Source of the DNA: Archaeoglobus fulgidus DSM 4304
Lineage (GTDB): Archaea > Halobacteriota > Archaeoglobi > Archaeoglobales > Archaeoglobaceae
Direction: 5' to 3'
DNA length: 32,000 nucleotides
Assembly: GCF_000008665.1 (NCBI RefSeq)
Contig: NC_000917.1
Span: forward strand, 360,001-392,000
Every line of letters begins with the position of its first letter. Position 1 is the stretch's first letter. Under the pieces are notes generated by a model. It did not search any database and was not told the DNA's origin. It saw only the letters and a program-made list of their open reading frames with translations. Below are positions 1 through 9,021 of this stretch, one piece after another. The translations under genes and the position numbers were made by a program.

Positions 1-679
1 CAGGATACTCTCCTTTGTCAGTCACCACTTTCCTCACCGCTCCATCGCCCTCAAAAGCCTCTACCTTCTCCCCCAGCCTCAGGTTGACCTTCTCCTCAAG
101 CTTATGCTTCACCAAGTCCGCAACATCCCTGTCGAGGTTTGGGAGTGGTTGATCAAGAAACTCCACAACCGTTACTTTCTTCCCTCTCGCTGCCGCAGCT
201 TCGGCCATCTCAACTCCTACGTAGCCAGCACCAACGATTACAACGTTCTCCGCCTTCTCAACCGCCTCTCTCAGCTCAGCCGCCTGTACAGGATGTCTGA
301 CGGTGAAAACGTTTTCCAGCTCAAGGCCCTCGAAGGGTGGGGTTTTTGGAAGTGCTCCGGTGGCGATTACAAGCTTATCCCACTCGTAGGTTTTCTCCTG
401 ACCGTCCTCTATGACTCTCACAAAGCCGTCTCCAGCCTCAACTACCTTCGCGTTGATGTGCAAATCAATGCCCCTTTTCTCCCTGAAAAATTCCGGCGGG
501 TAGTACATCAGGTGTGAGGGGTCGCTCAAGCCTTCAACAACGTACGGAATCCCGCATGGAGCGTGGCTGACAAAGTTGGTCTCCTCAAAAACCGTAACCT
601 CCCACTCAGGCTGCAAAGCCTTAACTCTCGAAGCAGCGCTCATTCCCGCTGCCCCACCGCCGATAACAACTACCCTCAT
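1..679 (-). CDS. FAD-dependent pyridine nucleotide-disulfide oxidoreductase, NADH oxidase / CoA-disulfide reductase family (N-terminal ~226 aa; 3' end lies beyond the window start)
   Basis: My own minus-strand translation from the ATG at 679..677 gives MRVVVIGGGAAGMSAASRVKALQPEWEVTVFEETNFVSHAPCGIPYVVEGLSDPSHLMYYPPEFFREKRGIDLHINAKVVEAGDGF...VIVGAGYVGVEMAEAAAARG. It has a GGGAAG FAD-binding fold, a single redox Cys in SHAPCGIPY and a second GxGxxG NAD fold. I translated the frame by hand down to about position 181 without meeting a stop and assume it stays open to position 1. It is absent from the supplied ORF track because it runs off the edge. Confidence 0.85.
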   Translation of the reverse strand, partial: MRVVVIGGGAAGMSAASRVKALQPEWEVTVFEETNFVSHAPCGIPYVVEGLSDPSHLMYYPPEFFREKRGIDLHINAKVVEAGDGFVRVIEDGQEKTYEWDKLVIATGALPKTPPFEGLELENVFTVRHPVQAAELREAVEKAENVVIVGAGYVGVEMAEAAAARGKKVTVVEFLDQPLPNLDRDVADLVKHKLEEKVNLRLGEKVEAFEGDGAVRKVVTDKGEYP

Positions 680-698
680 GCTTTATCATTGTTCAAGA

Positions 699-1481
699 CT
701 AATTTATGCTTTTCGCGGTTTTGGGAAGTTGAGTAATCTGTGGTTTTGTAGGAGCGAAAAGGCTCTGAGTTTCAAAATGGCCGTAAAGCTCACAACCCCA
801 TTTAATAGCGCTGTCTTCGTAGCTTACCAGCCCTCTTTTTAAGTCGTACTCTCCCTTTTTATTAAACAAACCAAGGCAGAGCCCCTCACTGCAAGCAATG
901 CAAACCAGTTTTATTTCCCCACACGACATCAGCTTCCCACTGAATGAATTAACCTCCTCTGAGTACTCCTTAAGCCTCGGTAAAACACTCCTGCCAATAA
1001 CAATGGAAATATCAACTTCCTGTGAAAGTTTGGAAAGAAAAGCGGGATATTCGGGGAGAAAGAATCCGAAAACAGCCCTGATCCACTTTGATTTGCTTAC
1101 CATATTCATAAAAACTTCTTTGTGCTTCAAAACCTCATTCTCTCCGCTCTCTATTATCGTGTAATCTCCAAGCTCTCCAAGTCTTAGGAGAAGATGTGGA
1201 GGGATTGCTGCTAAATCGTGCTGATTCCAGAACTCGAAGTCTCTTTCGATTAAAGAATAAGTTTTCTTTAGAGTTTCGCCAGAATGGAGAGTAATGAGCC
1301 CCTTCAAGGTGATGGCAAATCGTCTTCCATTTTTTTCAATCAATCTTTCTTCCAGAAGATTTTTAAGGTGGTCAGAAACTGCTGCTGGACTCAATCTAAG
1401 ATTGCAAGAAATTTCAGAGTTGGTAAGTGAGTTTTTGGCAAGTAACATCAGGATTTCTCTCTTTCTTTTAGGTAATATCAT
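699..1481 (-). CDS. Winged-helix (ArsR-like) transcriptional regulator with a large C-terminal domain, FilR1/DUF1724-like
   Basis: ORF 699..1505. The N-terminal wHTH is KREILMLLAKNSLTNSEISCNLRLSPAAVSDHLKNLLEERLIEKNGRRFAITLKG, followed by a ~190-aa C-terminal domain. The family name is from memory of archaeal two-domain regulators. I prefer the second Met (1481) as start. The gene is divergent from the 1636..3535 cluster. Confidence 0.6.
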   Translation of the reverse strand: MILPKRKREILMLLAKNSLTNSEISCNLRLSPAAVSDHLKNLLEERLIEKNGRRFAITLKGLITLHSGETLKKTYSLIERDFEFWNQHDLAAIPPHLLLRLGELGDYTIIESGENEVLKHKEVFMNMVSKSKWIRAVFGFFLPEYPAFLSKLSQEVDISIVIGRSVLPRLKEYSEEVNSFSGKLMSCGEIKLVCIACSEGLCLGLFNKKGEYDLKRGLVSYEDSAIKWGCELYGHFETQSLFAPTKPQITQLPKTAKSIN

Positions 1482-1541
1482 TGTGAGCAAGTGGCAATAT
1501 TGCAATATAAATTTTCCGACGTACAGAAAAATTCAAGCTAC

Positions 1542-1571
1542 AAACTTAAAAAGCAAATTAGTTTTAAGTTT
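1542..1571. promoter_or_regulatory. Perfect 10-bp inverted repeat with a 10-nt spacer (candidate operator) in the divergent intergenic region
   Basis: aaacttaaaa (1542-1551), spacer agcaaattag, ttttaagttt (1562-1571). The arms are exact reverse complements. A TATA-like aaatttaaatat lies at ~1585-1596 and the SD ggagggga at 1623-1630, upstream of the ATG at 1636. Confidence 0.45.
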
Positions 1572-1635
1572 TTATCTTAAAGAAAAATTTAAATATCGTC
1601 AGTGAGAGGCACAGTAGCAGTGCGGAGGGGATAGG

Positions 1636-2163
1636 ATGAACAGAATTGTGGGGATATTGATATCGATACTGATGTTAGCATGTATTGGCGTGACAATGGC
1701 TGCTGAAACACCAGTCGAGGCAACCATCGAACCTAAAAATACGTTCTCAGAGCCACTTGCAACCCAGATGGTACTTTTAAAAGGAATCTTTGATCCTAAG
1801 GTTGAACCGATGGATCCAGCTAATGATGCCATTGAAATTACTGGTGTCCTTAAACTGAACCACAATGAGGTAAGGGGAGTAGTAAACATTAACAACAAAA
1901 AAGGCGAATTTGCGGGGAAGTGTACACCATTCAAATCTAGCAATTTCGAAGGAGTAGTGTTGAAATGCGGGTCCGAGGGGTCCATAAAGGTTCTGCAGAT
2001 CAACATTGGCGATGGAAAACTTGAGCTTTTTGGTAAGTACGGCGATGGAATCGTGTTCTTAGAGGGGAAAATTCCAGAAATGAGCTATAAATCTCTTGCT
2101 TCAAGTGCATCTGCACCCACATCAGTTCGACCTGAAGCATGGATGGTGGATATTTTACTTTGA
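1636..2163 (+). CDS. Hypothetical secreted protein (N-terminal signal peptide)
   Basis: ORF 1636..2163 is preceded by the SD ggagggga. The N-terminus MNRIVGILISILMLACIGVTMAAETP is a classic hydrophobic signal sequence. The remainder looks beta-rich with no motif I recognise. Confidence 0.55.
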   Translation: MNRIVGILISILMLACIGVTMAAETPVEATIEPKNTFSEPLATQMVLLKGIFDPKVEPMDPANDAIEITGVLKLNHNEVRGVVNINNKKGEFAGKCTPFKSSNFEGVVLKCGSEGSIKVLQINIGDGKLELFGKYGDGIVFLEGKIPEMSYKSLASSASAPTSVRPEAWMVDILL

Positions 2164-2389
2164 GAACCACATAGAGTTTTGTGCTGCTCTCTCGGGTTCA
2201 ATGGAGATAATTGATGGCACGATGGAGCCGTACAGCCTTAGTATTTGGATTGATAAGGAATGGTGGGTTGACGGCGATGGTAAAAGGCATGATGGGGACA
2301 CGCAATTATTGATCGGTAAGGCCGACATTTGGAGCAAGACAATAAAGGCTGAAGTAATTACTGGTGAAACTACGACAACTGGGGGTTGA
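2096..2389 (+). CDS. Hypothetical ORF; possibly the middle segment of a frameshifted longer gene 1636..2817
   Basis: The ORF overlaps the previous one by 68 nt in another frame. Its sequence looks protein-like (WIDKEWWVDGDGKRHDGDTQLLIGKADIWSKTIKAEVITGETTTTGG), but there is no convincing start codon or SD of its own. Confidence 0.3.
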   Translation: MLQVHLHPHQFDLKHGWWIFYFENHIEFCAALSGSMEIIDGTMEPYSLSIWIDKEWWVDGDGKRHDGDTQLLIGKADIWSKTIKAEVITGETTTTGG

Positions 2390-2817
2390 TATTCGATGTT
2401 TATAGCAACTACTACTCCAGACACATTAGCAGACCGAGCATTGGATTAGGAATAGGTCTGGTTAGCAGCATAACTTCACCAATAGACTTCGGCTTCAGTG
2501 CTTCCGCATCGGCTGAGAACACAGTCAAATGCTCGTGGTACAAGGAAACCGAACAAGGATTCGCAAAAGGGCTTAGACTCGAATATAATGACATTTACGC
2601 TATGAAACCCGGAGACAGGATCGCAACCTACTTCCACGTGTATACAGAAGAGGACTTAAACAGCGCAAATCCCGTTTGGTATCCTATGAAAGCAAAAATT
2701 CTGAGAATACCCGTTTATGAGTACAGCTCAACCAGTCCAAATGCACACATCACTGATGTAGGGTCGGACTACCCGATCTACGCTTGGATAGAACACGTGG
2801 ATGACGAACACAGATAA
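2386..2817 (+). CDS. Hypothetical protein; possibly the C-terminal segment of a frameshifted gene 1636..2817
   Basis: The ORF begins with a TTG that overlaps the stop of the previous ORF, directly after a G5 run (2381-2385). Its composition is protein-like (KCSWYKETEQGFAKGLRLEYNDIYAMKPGDRIATYFHVYTEEDL). Confidence 0.4.
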   Translation: MIFDVYSNYYSRHISRPSIGLGIGLVSSITSPIDFGFSASASAENTVKCSWYKETEQGFAKGLRLEYNDIYAMKPGDRIATYFHVYTEEDLNSANPVWYPMKAKILRIPVYEYSSTSPNAHITDVGSDYPIYAWIEHVDDEHR

Positions 2818-2818
2818 C

Positions 2819-3535
2819 ATGTCTCCTAATTTTTTGAGAAATGCATTTAGAAGGTTAACGATAACAGCAATCGCCCCTATCGTAATGACGTTCGAGCCTT
2901 TTTTCATTTTTCCCGTAGTGCTGATAACTCTCGCAAGAAGGGGTTTTGTCTACATCCTTTTACCCATAACAGCCGCTTTGATTTTAAGGGCCACAAAGGT
3001 GAACTACGGGCCTCTCACAGTCTCACCTACTATGCACTTCAACACACCTTCCATCGCAGTTTTCGCAGTCTTGCTGGTTGCAACCACCATTGCCTCAGTG
3101 TTCAAACCGAAATTGTGGAGGGCATTTCTCGTAGCCATCGTCGTGATATCGATTCTGCACGCAGCCACACCCATCGAATCGCCGGTGAAGGGCGAGGGTT
3201 GCAACAAGATTTCGATCGAACTGCTCGACTCAGAAACCAACTTCTGTTTCTACATCTCCTCTGCGAAAACCGGTAAAATGTGGTATTATCACGCCACTCT
3301 GCACTTTATGGATTCTGAGGGGTTGGTGGTCAATCGCGTCCATTTGCTTACCGCTGCCCTCACCTTCAGCAGCGAGGTTGTGGAATTTCGCAATGAACAG
3401 GGCAAATTCCACGCAATCTTCTACAGCGAAGTGCCGATTGACAGTTTAAAGCTCAAACTCTGCTACTTCCCGGAAACGGTGATAGGCTCTCTGCCGGTTG
3501 TTTTCTGCAGCTCTGTTGATTTGGAGGTTCGATGA
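2819..3535 (+). CDS. Hypothetical integral membrane protein with a C-terminal soluble beta-rich domain
   Basis: ORF 2801..3535. The ATG at 2819 lies 2 nt after the upstream stop. About four hydrophobic helices are visible (ITAIAPIVMTFEPFFIFPVVLITLA, FVYILLPITAALIL, SIAVFAVLLVATTIASVF, AFLVAIVVISILHAA), followed by ~110 aa of soluble sequence. Confidence 0.55.
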   Translation: MSPNFLRNAFRRLTITAIAPIVMTFEPFFIFPVVLITLARRGFVYILLPITAALILRATKVNYGPLTVSPTMHFNTPSIAVFAVLLVATTIASVFKPKLWRAFLVAIVVISILHAATPIESPVKGEGCNKISIELLDSETNFCFYISSAKTGKMWYYHATLHFMDSEGLVVNRVHLLTAALTFSSEVVEFRNEQGKFHAIFYSEVPIDSLKLKLCYFPETVIGSLPVVFCSSVDLEVR

Positions 3536-3580
3536 TTGCGTTGAGGTCTTTTATTCAGATATAAAGTAAAAAATTAAAAC

Positions 3581-5236
3581 TCAAAACCAGAAGGCCATTC
3601 CACCCTCTAAAATTTTCACCTTTTCGAAGCCAGCGTGTTTGAGAATTCTTGACGCCTCAAAGCTTCTGAGACCAATGGCGCAGACGACAACTATCTCTTT
3701 ATCCCTGGGTATCTCGTCAAGCCTTTCCCTCAGCTCAAGGATGGGAATGTGGATGACCTTTTCCGACTCTATTCTTCTGGTTTTGAACTCCTCCTCACTT
3801 CTTACGTCAAGAATCACAATGTCTTCTTTCTCAAGCTTCTCCTTCAGCTCGAAGACGTTAATCCCCTCGAATAGACCATCTCTCTTATTCATTGCGACAT
3901 TTGCGATAGTAATCACCGGGTCGAGAGCGGGGGAGTATGGTGGGGCGTAAGCAAGGTCAAGGTTTGCAAGCTGGTCGATGGTCATTCCGGCCTGAATTGC
4001 CGTGCTTAAAACGTCAATTCTCTTTGCAACCTCCCCCATTCCAACGCCCTGGGCACCGATGACTCTCCATGAGCCCTTTTCGACGATGAGCTTTAACCTG
4101 ATGTAGTTGGCCTGTGGGTAGTAGTGGGCTCTGTCGGGAGAGGGGGCGATGACGGTAAAGTAGTCTAAGCCCGCCTCCTTTGCCATTTGCTCGTTCACTC
4201 CGGCTGAAGCGGCTGTGAAGTCGAATACTTTGAAAATGGCCGTTCTAATCACACCCGGGAAAACGGCCCTCCCTCCCGTTATGTTCTCTCCTATAACTCT
4301 TCCTTGCTTGTTCGCCACGTCACCAAAGGGAGCTATTATTTTCTTGCCCGTAACAAGACACGTGGTCTCGACACAATCCCCACCAGCGTATATGCTTTCG
4401 TCGCTCGTTCTCATGTACTCGTCAACCCATATAGCCCCCGTTTCACCTATTTTCAGCCCAGCCTTCTCAGCGAGTTCGCTGTTTGGTTTGATACCAGTGG
4501 CGACAACAACGACGTCTGCAGGGTACTCCTTTCCGTTCGCAATGACTGCTCTGACTTTATCGTCTTGAGAAACTATCTTCTCCACTCTCGTTGACGTTAC
4601 AACGTTCACTCCCTTTTCCCTCAGGTGGTTCTCCACAAGAACTGCCATTTCTCTGTCAAGCATAGCAGGCGCAACTCTATCCATCATCTCAATTACGGTA
4701 ACCTCCATGTCCAGATTTTTCAGAGCCTCGGCGGATTCAAGCCCTATGAACCCTGCTCCGATGACCACAGCCTTCTCCGCCCCCTCTTCCCACATTTCGA
4801 TGATTTTCTCCGCTTCCTCGGCACTCGTAAGTGTTACAACGCCCTCTGCCTCAATCCCCTCAATCGGCGGCTTAGCTGGTCTGGCTCCTGTGGCAATCAC
4901 CAGATAATCGTAGTTGAGCTCGTCCTCACTGCCGTTCCTCACAATTTTCACGGTCTTCCTGCTCCTGTCTATTTCGGTTGCCACCGTTTCAGTCAGCACG
5001 TCGATGTTTTTCAGCTTCTTGAAGTAAGCCTCGTCTCTCACCGCCCCGTAGGTAGTTTCCCTCAGATTGTCAACTTCGTGAACAAGTCCGCCAACGTAGT
5101 AGGGCAGCCCGCATCTCCCTAAAGAGACGTATTTTCCAGCTTCAACAACGGTGATGCTTGCATCTCCATCCTTTCTTCTGATTCTGGAGGCAGCCTTCAG
5201 TCCAGCAGCCCCTCCGCCGATTACAACAACGTTCAT
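3581..5236 (-). CDS. CoA-disulfide reductase / NADH oxidase fused to a C-terminal rhodanese domain (CoADR-RHD / NAD(P)H persulfide-polysulfide reductase type)
   Basis: The 551-aa ORF has a GGGAAG FAD fold and a redox Cys in SLGRCGLPYYVGG. It also has a second dinucleotide fold (VVIGAGFIGLE) and a GGDC motif. The C-terminal ~100 aa form a rhodanese fold with an active-site loop Cys (VVVCAIGLRSFEASRIL). Confidence 0.9.
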   Translation of the reverse strand: MNVVVIGGGAAGLKAASRIRRKDGDASITVVEAGKYVSLGRCGLPYYVGGLVHEVDNLRETTYGAVRDEAYFKKLKNIDVLTETVATEIDRSRKTVKIVRNGSEDELNYDYLVIATGARPAKPPIEGIEAEGVVTLTSAEEAEKIIEMWEEGAEKAVVIGAGFIGLESAEALKNLDMEVTVIEMMDRVAPAMLDREMAVLVENHLREKGVNVVTSTRVEKIVSQDDKVRAVIANGKEYPADVVVVATGIKPNSELAEKAGLKIGETGAIWVDEYMRTSDESIYAGGDCVETTCLVTGKKIIAPFGDVANKQGRVIGENITGGRAVFPGVIRTAIFKVFDFTAASAGVNEQMAKEAGLDYFTVIAPSPDRAHYYPQANYIRLKLIVEKGSWRVIGAQGVGMGEVAKRIDVLSTAIQAGMTIDQLANLDLAYAPPYSPALDPVITIANVAMNKRDGLFEGINVFELKEKLEKEDIVILDVRSEEEFKTRRIESEKVIHIPILELRERLDEIPRDKEIVVVCAIGLRSFEASRILKHAGFEKVKILEGGMAFWF

Positions 5237-5320
5237 GGACCCCCGACTGCAGCGCTTATTATATGGCTTGCTATTTTCAGCTTACCCAAAAATGTTAAGT
5301 TTTCGAGCCGTACTTCCCAC

Positions 5321-6175
5321 ATGTTCTCAGCACACGCTCCTGCGCTTGTGGATTATATCTATCTCATCGACAGGTATCCACAAAGGGGCGGGCACAGCAT
5401 AATCCTCTCCACCCGGAAATCGCCGGGTGGTGCAGGTGCGAACGTGGCCCACAACCTTGCCAGCCTGGGTGTTGAATCAACGCTCTTCACGACACTGGGA
5501 AGGGACGAGGACGGAATTTACTTCGTCGAGAACACCTTGGCGAAGGTGAAAGCCGAGATAACTGATGAGAAAACGGGCAAAGTTCACGTTTTCGTCGATG
5601 GGGAGGGAGAGAGAACGTTTTTTGTAGAGCCAAATGCCGCTGGAAAGCCATTTGTTGAGGTGGATGGCGGGGATTACCTCTACCTCGACCCCTTCCCTTC
5701 CGAGCACAGCTTTGAAGTTCAGAGAAAGGAGGCTGAGAGATTTGATGGCTTTGTAATACTCAATCCCGGTTTTCCCTATTCAAGCCTCGGATTTGAAAGG
5801 CTCAAGCAGATTCTTCAGCACGTGGACATGCTCATAATGTCCGCTGACGAGTTCAGCCTTCTTGGTGTTGAGACCGCAGACGTGCTGAGATTCGTGGACT
5901 ACCTGATTGTCACCCAGGGGAAGCTAGGCAGCGCTTGCTACACCAAGAAGGGCAGCTTTCAGTCCCCAGCATTTCCAGCCAAGGTTGCTGACACCACTGG
6001 AGCGGGGGATGCCTTCGCTGCTGGCTTCATCTATGGCTTTATCAAAAATTACCCCCTCGAAGTCTGCCTTACGCTGGGAAACTTCTGCGGAGCTTACAAC
6101 GTCGAAAGGGTTGGAGCGAGAAACTTTCCATCAAAGAGCACCATCGATGAATTTCTCGCAAGAGTTTTAAGATGA
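5321..6175 (+). CDS. PfkB-family carbohydrate/nucleoside kinase (ribokinase-like)
   Basis: The 284-aa ORF carries the PfkB signature DTTGAGDAFAAGFIYG near the C-terminus and an N-terminal GGAGANVA motif. Confidence 0.85.
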   Translation: MFSAHAPALVDYIYLIDRYPQRGGHSIILSTRKSPGGAGANVAHNLASLGVESTLFTTLGRDEDGIYFVENTLAKVKAEITDEKTGKVHVFVDGEGERTFFVEPNAAGKPFVEVDGGDYLYLDPFPSEHSFEVQRKEAERFDGFVILNPGFPYSSLGFERLKQILQHVDMLIMSADEFSLLGVETADVLRFVDYLIVTQGKLGSACYTKKGSFQSPAFPAKVADTTGAGDAFAAGFIYGFIKNYPLEVCLTLGNFCGAYNVERVGARNFPSKSTIDEFLARVLR

Positions 6176-6193
6176 AAGGGGGATAATTTAATA

Positions 6194-6367
6194 ATGGACA
6201 TTAGAATAATGGCCGAAAAGCTTGGATTTAAAAGAGTGTATAAGGAGGATTGTGAACTCTGCATCATGGGTTACACGGGCAAAAGGTGCAAGTATCTTAG
6301 AAAGATTGGTAAGGAGTTTTATTGCGTAAGAGATGCTGCAAAAAAGGACCCAAGGCTGAGGTTCTGA
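6194..6367 (+). CDS. Small (57 aa) Cys-containing hypothetical protein, below the ORF-track size cut-off
   Basis: My own translation gives MDIRIMAEKLGFKRVYKEDCELCIMGYTGKRCKYLRKIGKEFYCVRDAAKKDPRLRF. It has four Cys (CxxC...C...C) and is basic. The SD-like agggggat lies ~10 nt upstream. Confidence 0.35.
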   Translation: MDIRIMAEKLGFKRVYKEDCELCIMGYTGKRCKYLRKIGKEFYCVRDAAKKDPRLRF

Positions 6368-6372
6368 ACCTA

Positions 6373-7943
<1,571 letters not shown>

Positions 7944-7946
7944 AGC

Positions 7947-7958
7947 AAGATTTATAAT
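7947..7958 (+). promoter_or_regulatory. BRE/TATA box for tRNA-Arg
   Basis: aagatttataat is centred ~28 nt upstream of the mature tRNA 5' end at 7982. Confidence 0.6.
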
Positions 7959-7981
7959 ACCAGCAATCGTGCTTGGAAAGA

Positions 7982-8055
7982 GGACCCGTAGCCTAGCAGG
8001 ACAGGGCGTGGGCCTCCTAAGCCCAAGGTCGCGGGTTCGAATCCCGCCGGGTCCG
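7982..8055 (+). tRNA. tRNA-Arg (anticodon CCU)
   Basis: Manual cloverleaf fold. The acceptor stem GGACCCG pairs with CGGGTCC and the D stem GCCT with GGGC. The anticodon stem TGGGC pairs with GCCCA around the loop CTCCTAA. The variable loop is AGGTC. The T stem GCGGG pairs with CCCGC around the loop TTCGAAT. Discriminator is G, with no encoded CCA and no intron. Confidence 0.9.
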
Positions 8056-8137
8056 CTTCTGTTCTCAATCCTTCTGGCGCTTGTGGGTTTAGAGACCAAC
8101 ACAAACTTTAAATCTGAGAAAGTTGCACATCCAAAAT

Positions 8138-8389
8138 ATGGCGGTCAAGCTTATCAGATGCCCGTCCTGCGGAGAGGAGATTGAAATCACCGATTTGTAT
8201 GAGGGTGTTGAGATTCAGTGCTCGCTCTGCAACTCAATAATGGTTTACCAGGAGGGGAAGTTACTCCTGCTCGATACAAACGAGGAGTTTGATTTGGATG
8301 AGCTCGAAAGCGTTGAGGAAGAGGAAGAATTTGAGGATTACGATGAGTTCGAGGAGGAAGAGGAGTACTACTACGACGACGAGTACTGA
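8138..8389 (+). CDS. Small zinc-ribbon protein with a long poly-acidic C-terminal tail ending in Tyr
   Basis: MAVKLIRCPSCGEEIEITDLYEGVEIQCSLCNSIMVYQEG forms a CxxC...CxxC ribbon. It is followed by ~40 residues that are almost entirely D/E/Y/F, ending YYYDDEY. A TATA-like ctttaaat lies ~25-30 nt upstream of the ATG at 8138. The track ORF starts at 8123. Confidence 0.6.
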   Translation: MAVKLIRCPSCGEEIEITDLYEGVEIQCSLCNSIMVYQEGKLLLLDTNEEFDLDELESVEEEEEFEDYDEFEEEEEYYYDDEY

Positions 8390-9021
8390 TTAAATACAAT
8401 CTGTCTTTTTATATATTTTGCCGGTATCTCTTCTGCGAGTGCAATAAGGTCGTTCGCCTTGATAATTCTTATTCCGTCTTCTCTAGCCTTTTTGGCGTCT
8501 ATTTCTAGAACAATTGGTGTATCAGTCCTGATGCTCGCCACCTCCTTGCTCTTCTCGATTGTTGTTGACAGGTGAACGTATCTCTGGTTCACGGGCTTTA
8601 TCCCGATTTCAAGCATTCTGTGAGCTTCCTCCTCGCTTGTTCCGTAATACAGAACGTCCTCTTTTGCCTCAGGAAAGTCGCTGAGCTTTACATCAATGCT
8701 GTGCCCGTATCGCGCCCTTATTTTGTCGCCCTTCAGCTCGTACCTCTGCTTTTCGTCGCTGTAAACGAGAGCTTTAATCAGCCAGATGTTCGCCCACTTG
8801 TACCTCCTTTTCACAACTCTTGCAAGAGATTCAAGGTTCACCCAGCCGTTCTCGTCCATATTGAGACCGAACTTGTCGGGGAAGTGCCTCAGAACTCCGG
8901 AAATGAATTTTCCAAGCTTTTCAACCTTCTCCTTGGGCAGAATCAGTTCTCCCTCCGCACCGCACCTGCACTTCTCCCCTCTGTAAAACCCGTGCTCTGG
9001 GCAGAATCTTATTTCCTCCAT
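8371..9021 (-). CDS. kptA: RNA 2'-phosphotransferase (Tpt1/KptA family) with an N-terminal Cys/His knuckle
   Basis: KFISGVLRHFPDKFGLNMDENGWVNLESL plus HRMLEIGIKP...RYVHLS are typical of KptA/Tpt1. The extra N-terminus is RFCPEHGFYRGEKCRCG. Confidence 0.8.
   Translation of the reverse strand: MEEIRFCPEHGFYRGEKCRCGAEGELILPKEKVEKLGKFISGVLRHFPDKFGLNMDENGWVNLESLARVVKRRYKWANIWLIKALVYSDEKQRYELKGDKIRARYGHSIDVKLSDFPEAKEDVLYYGTSEEEAHRMLEIGIKPVNQRYVHLSTTIEKSKEVASIRTDTPIVLEIDAKKAREDGIRIIKANDLIALAEEIPAKYIKRQIVFNQYSSS

Noticed and set aside
104-517. 137-aa plus-strand ORF at the window start (and 576..842 +)
   Set aside because: It lies antisense to a clearly motif-bearing Nox/CoADR gene on the minus strand (1..679). 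It has no motifs and an odd composition, so it is a shadow ORF.
7944-8140. Possible integrated element at the tRNA-Arg 3' end
   Set aside because: There is no integrase, no direct repeat of the tRNA 3' half and no compositional break. The flanking genes look like ordinary chromosomal genes.
8290-8389. Purine-rich gag/gaa triplet repeats resembling a simple-sequence repeat
   Set aside because: They are in frame and encode the poly-acidic tail of the zinc-ribbon protein. They are not an independent repeat element or a CRISPR-like array.
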